DNA of 64,000 bases from Fimicolochytrium jonesii (lineage: Eukaryota). Under the pieces are notes generated by a model that was given only the letters and a program-made list of their open reading frames with translations, was not told where the DNA came from and searched no databases. Position numbers and translations under genes: made by a program. Location of the stretch: contig NW_026515669.1 of the NCBI RefSeq assembly GCF_025526975.1, positions 1,922,001 to 1,986,000 on the forward strand, read 5' to 3'. This document shows, in pieces, positions 37,048 to 49,390 of this stretch. The first letter of the stretch is position 1. Every line of letters begins with the position of its first letter.

Positions 37048-38262
37048 TTAGGCGCGCTTGAGGATCCAGTCGATGTAGTGTTGGATGATTGCGTCTTGTT
37101 CCGTGTCGTTGTGGACTGGGGAGAGATGAAGAGTGTTGTGCAAAGATCAGTTTCTCCCCCTAGTCCCAAATGCGGGATGAAACCCCAAACTCACGTTCAT
37201 GCAACCCTCCCTTGACGACCTTCCACTCCTTATCGCTGCTCCCACACTTCTCCGCCCACTGCTCCGCCGCCTTGAACGACACGATCTTGTCCTCGTCCCC
37301 ACAGACAACCAACACCGGCAGCGAGAAACTGCCCGCGGTCTTGGCCAGCTTCTCCCCATTCAGCACGCAGCTCGCCGCGGTCCCGAACGACGTGTACGCG
37401 TGCACGAGCGGGTCGGCGCGGTAGGATTCGCGCACGGAGGGGAGGTGCGAGAGGTTGGCGTCGTCGACGGTGGATTTGATGGTGAGGGTCGGAAGGATTT
37501 TGGAGAGCCCGCGGATGGCCCAGTATTCGGGCGTCGAGACGGCGGAGTTGGGCCCGAGGGCGATTAGGGGCGCTGGGGGATGAGGGGAGGGGAGAGGGTT
37601 GGGTTAGTGAGGAGAAGTAGATGGATGGTTGAAGGATAATCAGCTGCCGACGAGGAGATTTGGGCGATGATGGGCAGGAGCGGTGATCGTGCTCGCTTCG
37701 CTCACAAAAGATCTGACGCTCGCTGAGGCTCGCTAAAAACTGTGTCAGGGGTGTTGCGCCTCCAGCGCAATGTGGGCTCGCTTCGCTCGGTAATTAGAGT
37801 AGAATCGCTTCGCTCCCGATACTCACATGAAACGACAACCCCAGCCAACCCCTTCTCACTCCCCTTCCCCATCGCAAAGCTCAACGCAATCCCCCCACCC
37901 ATACTATGCCCCATCAAAAACCCTTTAACCCCACTCTCCCTACTCCTCTCCACACAAACACCCACATCCTCCATCAGCCTCTCCCACCCCTCATTATGCC
38001 CCAACGTCGCCTCCTTGACCACATCCTTGTGCACCACCGTCTGCCCAAACCCGCGCTGGTCGAACCCGCGCACCTTGATACCCGCGACCGCGAACTTGTT
38101 GAAGACGTGGTCGTACCGCCCGACGTGCTCGCCCATCCCGTGGCAGAAGGCGACGGTGGCCCGCAGCGGGGTGCTGCTGGGGGGCGACCAGATGCGGTGG
38201 TAGATGGGGGAGGGAGAGGGGGCGTGGGTGGTCCATTCTTCGGTTATGATGGCGGTGGACAT
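37048..38262 (-). CDS. Monoglyceride lipase/lysophospholipase (alpha/beta hydrolase, Yju3-like)
   Basis: Exons 38262-37827, 37572-37195 and ~37115-37048. Motifs HGMGEHVGRY, FDQRGFG, GHSMGG, YRADPLVH, GDEDKI and GLHELHND. Confidence 0.9.
37620..37820 (-). repeat. Intronic GCGAG/GNA-hairpin modular element, copy C (lipase intron 1)
   Basis: Three GAGCGAAGCGA units. The 28-bp block 37706-37733 is identical to 47844-47871, and 37751-37775 matches 47804-47828 at 22/25. Confidence 0.85.
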
Positions 38263-40100
38263 TTTGGCTGGGGCGTGGATGGGACGGTGGGAGGGTGGGA
38301 GGCGGGTGGGGTGGGATGGGGCTTTCGGTGGGGAGTGAGAGTGGAGGTGGGAGTGGGAGTGGGAGTGGGAGTGGGAGTGATGGGTGGGAACGAAGTGTGC
38401 TGGAGGCAGGAGGTGGGACTTTATGACGGTGGGGGCGGGGATGATCTTGCACTCACGAACAGCGACGAGGAGGCGGGATGAGCTTGAGGTAAGGTGCATG
38501 CAGCTCAGCGAAGCCTTTTTGTGGAAAGTGGAGAGTGTTTGGGTGACGGCCGCTTTGTGGTGCTCGCCACACTTGTTGGTCGTTGAGGAAGCGGAGCGGC
38601 GGACGCACAGGCGATCAAGCAGGGGGATCACCTACAAAAAGGGGTCATATCATAATATCACACATGGATGCACACATGGATGTATTGGATGTGGGACATT
38701 GCTTCCTTCGTCGCACAGCGCATATGCCAGAGAGCAGAAGGTCTCCGTCTCTACTTGACCCATCTTGTTTTGTCTCGAGAACATATGGAAATGCCCCATG
38801 CCAATGCAGCACAGACATCCTTCCTGCGCATTGCTCTTGCGGGCTCCGAATCCCGCTATGTGAGGCCATTCCCACCTTTCATCCTGGGCTCCATCACCAC
38901 ACCACACCACATTATGACAGTGAATTAGAGATCCTACCCTCAATTCTAAACGGCCGAAAAAATTTCCCAAAGCAATATCGCTTGCTTTTATTACGCTCCG
39001 CATGTGCCGTGAAAAATCTAAAAGAGGTATACCCCTAAGTGACTCAAACGACAGGTGCCACTATGGACGCTGCCCAGTGCCGACGGGTGTGATGGGTCTG
39101 GCGAAAGGGACGAGAGGACACTGGCGGAGAGATAGCCATCCCAGTGGTGAACGGCTCGTGGCATCCCTTACATATAGGCGTCAAATACCAAGATTTATGT
39201 ATGCGTGAACGTTGTCCGGATATCCGTAGGAGACTCGTCCAGCACGGTCGTGCCTGATCTCCCTTCGTCGGCGTCACGAGCGTTGCTTCAAGTCTTTCCC
39301 TCTTTCTTCATTCCTAGAACGGGTGGGGAGATGGGAGTTGATCCGCGAGGATACCTTCCGACGGTTGTTGAAGGCTGTGGAGTCGAGACTTGTTGCTGGC
39401 CTGCATCACTTATCACAGGGCACCAGGGCAGACTCGGACAGAAGGAAGCAGCGAGCATCGGAGTCCTCTTGGCAAAAGTGGAAAAGCGCCTTGGGCGATC
39501 GGGCCGCTTGCCTGGGTTGGGTTACAACCAACCGCTAATAACAAGATCCGCCGCTGAAAACATGGAGTAGCGGTATAAACCACACCCAGTTCCGAATCCC
39601 ACTCAATTATGCAAGCCCCGCAAAATCCACAACAGGAAAAATGTCGGCGGAGTGACACATGGGGACGGCTTTGTTGTTGTCGCATGACCTTCACAAATTG
39701 CGAGAGCGGCGTACCATTGGGAGTCGACGGTGGAAGAGGTGTGATTTTATGATCAAGCCATACTGAAACTCCGCGGCCGCCTCTTCGGGAACGTAACCTT
39801 GTCATATAGGTTGGAATAGGACGGTAGGAGGTAGATAGTGGAGGCGGGAGACAGTTCAATTGAGAAAAGGGCCAATACCTACACCCAAATCCAACATTTC
39901 GCTGGAGCCAGCGGCCGAGAAATGCTGAAGCGACGACTGCGAGGGTCGATGAAAAAAGCACAAAAAGGTCCGACGGCGTTGCGGTCTCTCGAATCCTCAC
40001 CAGCTCTTATAAACCAGATCACACCCGCTTCGTCGCACCTGTGAACCTGCCACACACTTCGAAACTCACATCCAACACCTTTCTTCCATCAACCCCAACA

Positions 40101-40499
40101 ATGCACTTCACAACCCTCACCATCCTCCTCGCCTTCCTCTCCCTCGCCGCCGCTCAATCCTCCAACAGCGTCGTCCTCGGCCCCTGCACCGTCGGCGCCA
40201 CCTGCGACCTCATCCCCGCCGCCTCCACCACCGCCTCCGCCGCCGCGCCAACGGGCAGCCCCATCCTCACCCGTACCACCAACAGCACTGCAACACGCGC
40301 AACCAACGGCACCACCTCCGTTGCTGCTGTACCGACGCGGGACCCGCTGCCGAGTATCAGCTATGTGGACCCGTTGAGCATGACGATGACGTTTGGAGCG
40401 GGTGCAACGCATTTGTCGAGTGGGGTGGAAAGGGTGGGGGGCATGGGGTGGGCGGCAGTTGTGGCGGCGGCTGGGGGCGTTGTTGTAGGGCTCTGGTAG
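40101..40499 (+). CDS. Small secreted Ser/Thr-rich, probably GPI-anchored protein
   Basis: MHFTTLTILLAFLSLAAAQ signal peptide, two Cys, a Thr-rich region and a hydrophobic C-terminus. Confidence 0.75.
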   Translation: MHFTTLTILLAFLSLAAAQSSNSVVLGPCTVGATCDLIPAASTTASAAAPTGSPILTRTTNSTATRATNGTTSVAAVPTRDPLPSISYVDPLSMTMTFGAGATHLSSGVERVGGMGWAAVVAAAGGVVVGLW

Positions 40500-41516
40500 A
40501 GATGATTTGGGTGCTATCCACAAGTTTTTGTTTTTGTGTTTCTGTTTCCGAGGGGAGCGTGGGAGTGTCCCCTTGGGACATCGGCCGTGCGGTGCGGTCA
40601 GCGCTCGAATCCACATCCAAGACGGCGCAACTGGACAACGTTGCCAGGCAATCCCCGTGAAACCAGCCGCTTATCATCCCCCTCCCGCCGCCCGCCCGCA
40701 CCTTTATCCGTACCGGCAATAGAATGAGGAGCCCCCCGATGGCAGGCCACCGGGATCCCATCTCACCTCACGTCACAAGCCGCTCAGCTATCCGAAAGCC
40801 TTATTCATACGCCGAATACGACCGAAGTTAGGACCTAGATAGAAACCTTCTCATATACATTTTGTACAGTAAACGAGCTCTTCTTATATACAGTATATGC
40901 AATCGCAAGGTGTGCGTTTCAAATCGAGAGAATGGCGAATGGGCTGTGATTTGTGCTGTTGGAGGTCGTTTGATACATGCTTGATACAACGTTATTCCAA
41001 TGTGTTGATGGATGGATTGGGCATCCGAGGCGCACTCTCGGATGTAGGATTTTGGATTTGAACATGTCCGGCATGAAAGCTCCCCGGTTGTGCGATTGCG
41101 AGAACGTTGAACAATGGAGACCACATGGCCGCTGCAGGCTAGTGGAGTTAACCAGGAAACGAAAACGCTACGACGACTCAAGCAAACCTTAACAAAAGCA
41201 TATGGCGCCAACCGCCTAATAATCGATAGCAATTCGGAAGTGAGACTTTTTTTGTGGTTTGTGAGATGAATTTGAGGAAGTATGAAAGGTGAGGTAAGGT
41301 CTCTCAGCCTCGCTAGGCTGTCAAGCTCTTCGTTGCTTTGTTGAGGTCCCGACGACGGTCGGCGTTTTTCAACTTATCGTTTCGATAGCGGATACACACC
41401 TACCTTCTATCACATCCCTGGAACGACCACATAATCTTCACCTCAATCAAGAACAAATACCCGAGGTCTCCACCACCACCAACACCTACTCACATCCTTC
41501 ATCCAAAGCCCACAAA

Positions 41517-42059
41517 ATGCGATCTCCAACCCCCTTCACCCGCCTCCTCCTCGCCGTCCTCCTCCTCACCCTAACCCACGCCCAAATACCAATCCAACCC
41601 TGCGACATCAAGTGCATTCTTATCCCGGGGTGCTGCCCCGACTTCCCGTTGCCCGTACCCGGACATCCCGCGACGATCGTACCACAGCCGGGCGTAACTA
41701 TTGTGGTTGGCGGTGGTGGTGGAGGGAGCGGTGGGGGGTTGGCGACCGTGTCGATTGTGAGGCCGTCCAGGACGACGGAGAAGGTGGTGATTACGGCGTC
41801 GACGAGCGCGGGGGGGAGTCAGAGCTCGGCATTGACGCCGACGCCGACGGAGAGGGTCATCGTTGTTGGGGCGGGGAGTGTGAGTGCGAGTACACCGGCG
41901 AGTGCTAGTGCGACGAGTGCGACGCCTGCGGCGGCCACGTCCGCGGATTCGGCGACGAGTGCGGGGTCGCTTGGCTTTGATGCCAAGTTCGGTGCGGCTG
42001 CTAGTGCGGGCGGGATCGCGGTGATGGCGGGTTTATTCGTCGCTGCGGGGGTCGTCTGA
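41517..42059 (+). CDS. Small secreted Cys-containing, probably GPI-anchored protein
   Basis: Signal peptide, CDIKCILIPGCC, an S/T/A-rich stalk and a hydrophobic C-terminus. Confidence 0.75.
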   Translation: MRSPTPFTRLLLAVLLLTLTHAQIPIQPCDIKCILIPGCCPDFPLPVPGHPATIVPQPGVTIVVGGGGGGSGGGLATVSIVRPSRTTEKVVITASTSAGGSQSSALTPTPTERVIVVGAGSVSASTPASASATSATPAAATSADSATSAGSLGFDAKFGAAASAGGIAVMAGLFVAAGVV

Positions 42060-42859
42060 TTCGATTTGATGCCGTAAAGCCTACGACGGAGTGCTATCCT
42101 TTCACATAGACATAGATAGACATTGACTCGCATCCCCTCGCCTCTCATCACTCTGCATATCCCGTACACTTTTGCACGAAGTGGATGTAGAAAATTTGTA
42201 TCCTTCTCTTTTTGTCACCATGGCGAAGCTTTCTCTTGTCATAGCCCGCATCTCTTGATATATAGCCCCGCGGAGTACATGGAGAAACGCTGCACATTGA
42301 GTTGATTCTCTACTCGTATTGACAGCGATATGGAACATCAGTTGCGACCGGCCTCCTCCTTTCCTCCAGTGCATTTCTTTTGCACATGAAAAAGTCATCC
42401 AGGCCGACAGTTCTGTTGGTGAATGAGTCATTCAACGCGCTGTCGATTTGGTATACTGACCACACTCCGCCCTTGGCCATCCCGCCGTAACCTACGCTTT
42501 CCAACTCTATCGGAGCTGTGCATTATTGAGCATCCGCCATTTAAGGTTTCCGTGGCCTTCCCGCGCATTCGATCCATTTGTCCTCGCACTACCATCAAGC
42601 TCCCTTCATATCGCATCCTTCATCGCTGTCACAGAGCCAAACAGACGGTCACTTGTTGAGAGACAAGTAAACACTCTCATTTTCCACCTCCTATCCCCTT
42701 CCCATCCTGTTACTTGATACCACTTACCGGAAAGCTGATGGGGACAGGGAAGGCGGACGTACGGAATCAACAACCAGAACATCAGAGGCGTAATACGAGC
42801 ATAGTAGTCAAGAGAACGACGACGAGCGACAACATCAACATTCGGTACCCATAGCAACC

Positions 42860-45800
42860 ATGGGTGGAGCAGACTACAAGAAGAACGCGTAAGTGCGACG
42901 AGGGCAGCCATTCGGTTCAAAGCTTCCGCCGAACAATCAAGCCGCCACGGAAACTCACTAACTGCTTCGTATCCTTGGTCCAACTTCAGTGGCTTCATAG
43001 GAGGAATCAGTCTCCTCATCAGCAGTGTCACGGGACCGGGAATCCTCACCATCCCGCTGCTCTTCCAACAATCCGGGTGGCTATTGTGAGTGTGAATTCA
43101 CCCGTCGCGGTGAGCGAAGAGGTCTTACTGATAAGCCCCTGCCGCCCGATTCGATTCAGACCAATAGTATGCTTCATCGTCATCGCATTCCTCTCCGGCC
43201 TCGGCTGCCTGTTCCTTATCGAGAGCATGACGTATTTTCCAGGGAATGAGAAGTTTCAGGTGCGTGGAGGCGTCTTCCATGCATCAGGAGGCGTTGGTGC
43301 GAATACTAACGCTATTTGGTCATTTGGGTATGGTTTGGATCGAGCAGAGAAACGTCGAGCTGACTGTCTTGGTGCATCAGGTAAGGTTCTGGAGCTGCGA
43401 GCATCTGCGTCCTTTCCCATGTGGGAAGTCTGGGGATCGAGCAAATGGAGAACACGCCTGGATGGTTTTGGGAGGATCGAATGAGTTGAGGAGGACTTAG
43501 AAACCGGCGGTGGAGGCGGTGAAGCGACAATAACGACTAAAGCGCAGGCAAACAACATGCACCGCAGCAGATCGAAAACATATCCCGTCGTCCAATCCAT
43601 CGACCGCTTAACAAAACCCTTTTTCCGTTAACCCACATAGTTCTACGGGCGCAAATGGTACTACCTGATGCACGTCGTCCTCTACGGCTCCCTCCAATCC
43701 TTCAACATCGCCTCCATCATCTCCGCCGCCCAGGTAAGTAAACTGTCTCCCACCCACTCCCGACACCCACTCACCCATCTCATCTCAAACTAGACATTCG
43801 ACTCCTTCCTAATAACCCTAGCCGGCCAAACATGCGGGTACGGCATCAGCCCGCAGGCGGGCTTCATTTGCGTCAGCGAGCAGACGAATTCGAATTCGCC
43901 GTTTGGGGATAACTATATGTTGGCTACTGCGGGGTTTATTGTGAGTTTGATGGAGTCAAGATGATATCCCCAGGAGAGGAGCTGGATTGAAAGAATTTTT
44001 TGGGGGGGAAACAGCTACTGCTAGTCCTCGTGATCCCGCTCATCTCGCTGAATCTGAACGATAACCTGATCGTCCAACTGCGTAAGTTTATCTTGACACC
44101 GACGCAGTCACTTTTTTTCTTCGACTGCTGATATTCCTTTCCGCAAAGTCTCCGTGGTCTACCTCGCCTTCGCCATCTTCATCTACGTCTGCATCGCGTT
44201 GGCCGTTGGCCTCAACAATGCTGGGATGAAGACGATCGGGAATGATATGACGCCTGTGTTGGGGACTGTTATGTTTAATTACAGTTGAGTTTCTGTCTCT
44301 TTTGGGGTATTGGTTGTCCCAGTCCCCCATGATTGGTTGTTTTGACTGACCGACTTCTGCTTGTTTGCGTAGCGCTGGCGAATACGGTGCCTAGTTGGGT
44401 TAATACGAAGGTATACGACGAGGCTGGGAAAGAAGAGGGTGGCTGGGTGGGCATGGAAAACTGATGGGTCCACTTGATCGTGTCGTTACAGCACAAACGG
44501 GTCCCGATCGCGAAAACCATCTGGTACTCCGTCTGGATCTCCACGGCTCTGTATATCGTCATCGGCATATTCGGTATGTTCCCCCAGCCATCGCCGCTCT
44601 ACTTTGCCCGCTTTGCCCGCTTTGCCCATCCCCATCCCCACCCTGACCAACACCTCTCATACCACAGGCGGCGCCGCCTTCCCGATGCCCGACGACTCTA
44701 ACCTGATACAAGCGGTCAGCGCCAGCACGAACGTGTCGCAGTCCGGCAAGAACATCAATGCGCTGATCAACGTCACGTACCCGATCTTGGTCCTGCTGAC
44801 GTCTATACCGGTGTCGATCATTATCGTGAAGCTGAATTTGGTGTCGAGTCGGTTGTGTACTGGATGTGAGTTGGAGCCCAACATGATTTCGCAAAAGGGC
44901 AGCAATGTTTCGCATGGGTTGATCATCTTTTCGGATTTCATCACACAGCATGGGCCCAATTCTGGGCCGCCGCCGTCCCCTTCCTCGCGGCCCTCCCCTT
45001 CCAAACCGGCGCCTGGATCACCGTCTTCTCCAACTGGACCTCGCTCATCTTCCAATCCACCTGCAACTTCGCCGCCCCCTTCCTCGTCTACCTCTTCCTC
45101 CACAAGCGCAACATGGTCATGCAGCAGTCCGTCCTCGACGAACTCGAGTTCCTCGACTTGGATGCCGGGATCAAGAAGTGGAGGGATGATGATGATGATT
45201 TCGATTATGTGTACCATCTTCCGCACGCGGATCTAACACGGTTGGGGATGAGGAGGTATAACCCCTTCGAAAACGCGGTGGGCGCATCGCAGGCGAGTCT
45301 CGGGCACGGGCTCCACGACCCAACCGCAGCGGGGGGCGGCGGCGGGTTAACGGTCCCAGGAGCGGGTGGGCTCGCCCCACCGGGCGCAATGCAGTCCCAG
45401 TTCCTGTACCGCGGCCGCGGCGGCGGGGTCGGCCAATCCGTGTCGGCGCTCTCAACCGCGTCTGGCCAGTCCGCCCGGCAGCTCATGAAACAGATGCTTG
45501 GACCGGGCGGTGATCGCCCGCCACGACGTAAACTGGGCGCGCAAGGTGGGGCGGTGGGAAGCGACGGCGCAAGTGTCATGCTCGGCGGCGCACAGTCCCG
45601 CCGCACAAGTTTGGGCGGGTCCGGGCTCAACCTCGGTGTACCCGGCGGCGGCCCGAACGCCCCCGGCGCCCGCTCCCGGCGGATGTCCCTAATCAGCGGA
45701 GGGGGCAACTTGAACAAGATTTTTCCCGTGTCCGACATGGACGACCTTGAAGCGAAAGGCACCGACGGGAAGCGGTTGGACGCGGATATGGCTGCGCCCA

Positions 45801-45961
45801 GTTATATTGTGGAGGACGTGACGGGGGAATTGGGGCAGTTTCGCGCGATGCCGTATTGGGTTACGAGGCGGGTGAGCCCGAGGGTGGTGGCGGGGGTTAG
45901 TTTGATGATTATGATGAGTGCGGCTCTTGTGGTGCTTGTGTTGGATATTAAGGCCGGGTGA
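42860..45961 (+). CDS. Amino-acid transporter family membrane protein (many short exons)
   Basis: Exons encode GGISLLISSVTGPGILTIP.LFQQSGW, LFLIESMTYFPGNEKFQ, VELTVL, GTVMFNY..ANTVPSWVN.K, TYPILVLLTSIPVSIIIVKLNL and WTSLIFQSTCNFAAP, then a long cytosolic loop and a final TM helix. Confidence 0.8.
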
Positions 45962-46444
45962 TGATTGGATCTGCGGTGGTGTGATGGTCGGATGTTTGGG
46001 ACAAGGGACGGGGGCTGATTCATGAACGCTATGGATGGTCGGCGAAAACCCGTGTTCGGCGGGACGGGTGCTGTCAAGGACCTTCTTTTCTGTATAGTGG
46101 AATTTTTCGTTTCCTTCTTTGTTATCTTCAACCTTTTTTTTCCTATTTGAAGGGCATTGGTCCTCGTATTGTCGCAAAAAATGAACGTTCGGATTGCAGA
46201 CGATGGACATACAGTGGCAACATCTTTGATTTTGGTTATACAGGTTGCCGATACGATTTTCTACGCTACATAAGTTCCGTTTCCCCTCCATGATCTCCCT
46301 TTTCATATGTTCAACATCGAAAAGCTCGATCCACTTCCCTGCTCCGCCCAACATTGGTTTCTTCCTTCCTCCCTCTTTTACCATTGATAGTGTCCGCCCG
46401 TCAACGAGCCAAAGAATGTACTTTTGAGTGCTCGATTATTGATA

Positions 46445-48519
46445 TCACTGCTGCTCGGCAGCGGCGGCAGCAGGTGCGTCCGTATTAGCAATGGCGGTTT
46501 TGCCGGCGGACTTGGCGTACTGGTCTGGGTATGCCTTTTGGAATTTGTCTTTCAGTGACAGAACTATGTTTGATGGGGGCAAAGAAGGGATTATTCAGCG
46601 AATCATAAAGAATGGTGGCAATCGGCAGCGCAATGGTCAATACTCACGAGTCTCAGTCCCACTACCCTTAATCCCCGTCACGCCCGCCGTGCTAGGAGCC
46701 GCAGGCGCAGGAGCACCCGCCAACCTCGCACTAGTACGTCTCTGCGGAATCAACGTAGTACCTCCAGGCGACCGCGGGATATTAGTCTTGCGAAGCCGCG
46801 CATACATCGCCTCCTTTGCAAGGTCTGAAGCGTCTTGGGCGTTGGTGGAAGTGTTCTCGGTGAGTGGTTTTGTGGAGAAGGAAGGCGGTGTGGGAAGGTC
46901 GTTTTCTTTGTCTTCTGAGGGGGTTGGGGTGGATGTGGGTTCGATGGGTTCGGCGGCGATGGCCACGCTTTGGGGAGCTTCGAAGGGGCTGGAAATAACG
47001 TACGACGATGGATTAGCCCTAGCCTCGAGAGTCAAACGTTCACCGGTTTTACAATCGCAATGGTGCAACATACCTTTCAGCATCACTAGTAGGCCCGTAC
47101 GTAGACGCCAGCTGGCTCTTCATACGCTTGAGCGTTTCCAAAGGCCTCGACGACGAGCTTGCCGACCCCGAGCTTGTCGAGCTGGTATTGCTGACCGATC
47201 TAGGGCGGGCTGGCAGCGAGCCAGCGGACGCCGCCACACGTTTGAGGGGGGACTCGACGTAGCTCGCAGGTGCCTTTTTCGACATGTATTGTTTCCTCGG
47301 GCTGGCGTTGATTAGAACATGAGCAAAAAATGCGGAAAACGGGAGGAGCCTCTGTCGAAGAGCGTAACCCTTCCACGCACCTTATATACTGGACAACCTT
47401 CCGCTGGACCCTGCACAGCTCCTGCAACAAGTCACCCATCATCGGTTGTTCTGCAACTCCATTCATCTGGTTCCGTTTCCCTTTGGCCTGAGCGTCAATC
47501 TTGAGAGACGTGTCGGTAGGGATCACGGGTGGAAGAGGTGGGGGTGGTGGAGGCGGCAGCCCTGTGGTTTCGGGAACAGGGATGACGGATTCGAGGCTAG
47601 ACAGACGGCTTTGCAGGTATGCGACGTTGGCCTCGAGTGCCGCGATCTTCTCCGCTTCGTTTTGCTAAACCATTACCCATTAAAGATTAGTTCATCAATC
47701 ATCAACCCATCACTTAGACCACCATCAGCCATCATCGAGCACGATGCATGTGTAAACGAACGACAGTTCGCTGTCGCTCACACTTAGAAACCATGTGAGG
47801 AGAGTGTTGCGCCTTTGGCGCAATGTGGTGCTCGCCTCCCTTGAAAAGATCTGACGCTCGCTGAGGCTCGCCAAGAGCCGTGATCCGGAGCATTGCGCCT
47901 TTTGGTGCAAGGGATTCGCTCTGCTCGCGAAGCGTTTGCGATGGTTGCGCTCGCTATCGGTCGGGCTCACATCGCAAACCAAGGCTCCCCTCATGGGTCA
48001 CCTGTCTCAAGCATCCCTGTGTCTCGCTTCGCTCGCCGCTGTCGCTCGCGGAGGCTTTCGCTCTGATCGCCATCTCTACGCTCGGAGTCTCCTTTCGTAC
48101 CATACCTTCTCCACAATTACAGCCATCTGCTTCCCACTCTCGTCGTCGCTCGCACCAATGTCCTTAGTCTCCACCTCCTCGTCGTCCGCATCACTCCCAC
48201 CGACAAACCCCCACCACCTCCAAGTCCCCTTCAGCACGTCCCACGTCAGTGCAGTTGCAACGAACCCCAGCAAAACGGTAGTCGAAATCGCCGCATAGTT
48301 AACCCAAGCGGACATGATGATCTGCGTTGTCTTGTCGTAGGTATCGAGCGGGGGCAGGGTGTACGCTTCGGGCCCTTCGTCGTCGTAGTCGGAGCTGCGG
48401 TAGGCGTAGGTGTGGTCGTCGTCGCCGTCATTGTCGTAGTAGGAGGATTGAGCGTAGACGTCCCGCTGCTGCGCTGCGAGGCCGCCCGCGATCAGCCAGG
48501 GAATCCAGGTCTGTAGCAT
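46445..48519 (-). CDS. Proline-rich coiled-coil membrane protein resembling the PRR11/MTFR family (5 exons)
   Basis: Intron 1 is 48105-47665 (phase 0). The protein has a TM segment, then [49 protein letters not shown] and LSLKDKFQKAYP. Confidence 0.6.
47761..48075 (-). repeat. Intronic GCGAG/GNA-hairpin modular element, copy D (intron 1 of the PRR11-like gene)
   Basis: Shares an exact 28-mer with copy C, an exact 16-mer with copy A, the hairpin module with copies B and C, and GAGCGAAGCGAG. Confidence 0.85.
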
Positions 48520-48910
48520 GGCGGGGACGATTGGTAGCGTAGCTTCAGTGCTGTATCTGAGAGTGGTCCTTCTACAGTCTCTTTGTTTTCGTAAGGCTTG
48601 TCCGCTGTTCTCTGCTGGGGGGTTTGGGTTCTCGTCGAAAACAGCAACATTCCCACCCAGAGCCGGCTAATTGATTTTGTGCGCGAAAGTAACGCGCAGA
48701 CAGACCCCTTCAAATTCACTCCAGGCTCCAGCCAGCTGAAGAAAGTTCTTGGCTTCCCACTAAGGTAGGGACGCCCATGGCTACATCGGTTGGACGATAT
48801 CGATACGTCGATATGTGACAAACATCACCTCCCGCGGTGGACCCTGACTTGCTGCATCCTGATATCCTACTTACAGGCGTAAAGTGTGCGACCTGACCAC
48901 TTCCGCAAAC

Positions 48911-49390
48911 ATGACCGATGCCCAGGCCCAGCGTCCGCCCCTTCCTCCGTTCACCCTCGAGTCGGCGCTTCAGAAGGTCCGTTTGGCGGAAGACGGATGG
49001 AACAGCCGTGACCCCGCTAAGGTTGCCCAGGCCTACACCGTCGACACATACTGGCGCAATCGCGGCGAGTTTGTCGCGAATCGCACCGAAGCACAGGCCT
49101 TTTTAGAGCGCAAGTGGAAGAAAGAATTGGACTATCGCCTGATCAAGGAGCTGTGGGCGTTCACCGACAACCGCATCGCCGTGCGGTACGCGTATGAATG
49201 GCATGACGACTCGGGCAACTGGTTCCGCTCCTACGGCAATGAGAACTGGGAATTTGCGGACGACGGCTTGATGGCTAAGCGGTTTGCGAGCATTAATGAT
49301 TTGCCTATCAAAGAGTCTGAACGCAAATATCACTGGCCGCAGGGACGCCGGCCCGATGATCATCCGGGGCTCTCGGAATTAGGTCTATAA
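48911..49390 (+). CDS. DUF1348 SnoaL/NTF2-like protein
   Basis: Intronless. [73 protein letters not shown]...RFASIND. Confidence 0.92.
   Translation: MTDAQAQRPPLPPFTLESALQKVRLAEDGWNSRDPAKVAQAYTVDTYWRNRGEFVANRTEAQAFLERKWKKELDYRLIKELWAFTDNRIAVRYAYEWHDDSGNWFRSYGNENWEFADDGLMAKRFASINDLPIKESERKYHWPQGRRPDDHPGLSELGL

Noticed and set aside
38330..38380. (GTGGGA)n giving an HSHSHS N-terminal extension of the lipase ORF
   Set aside because: A simple microsatellite upstream of the likely ATG at 38262.
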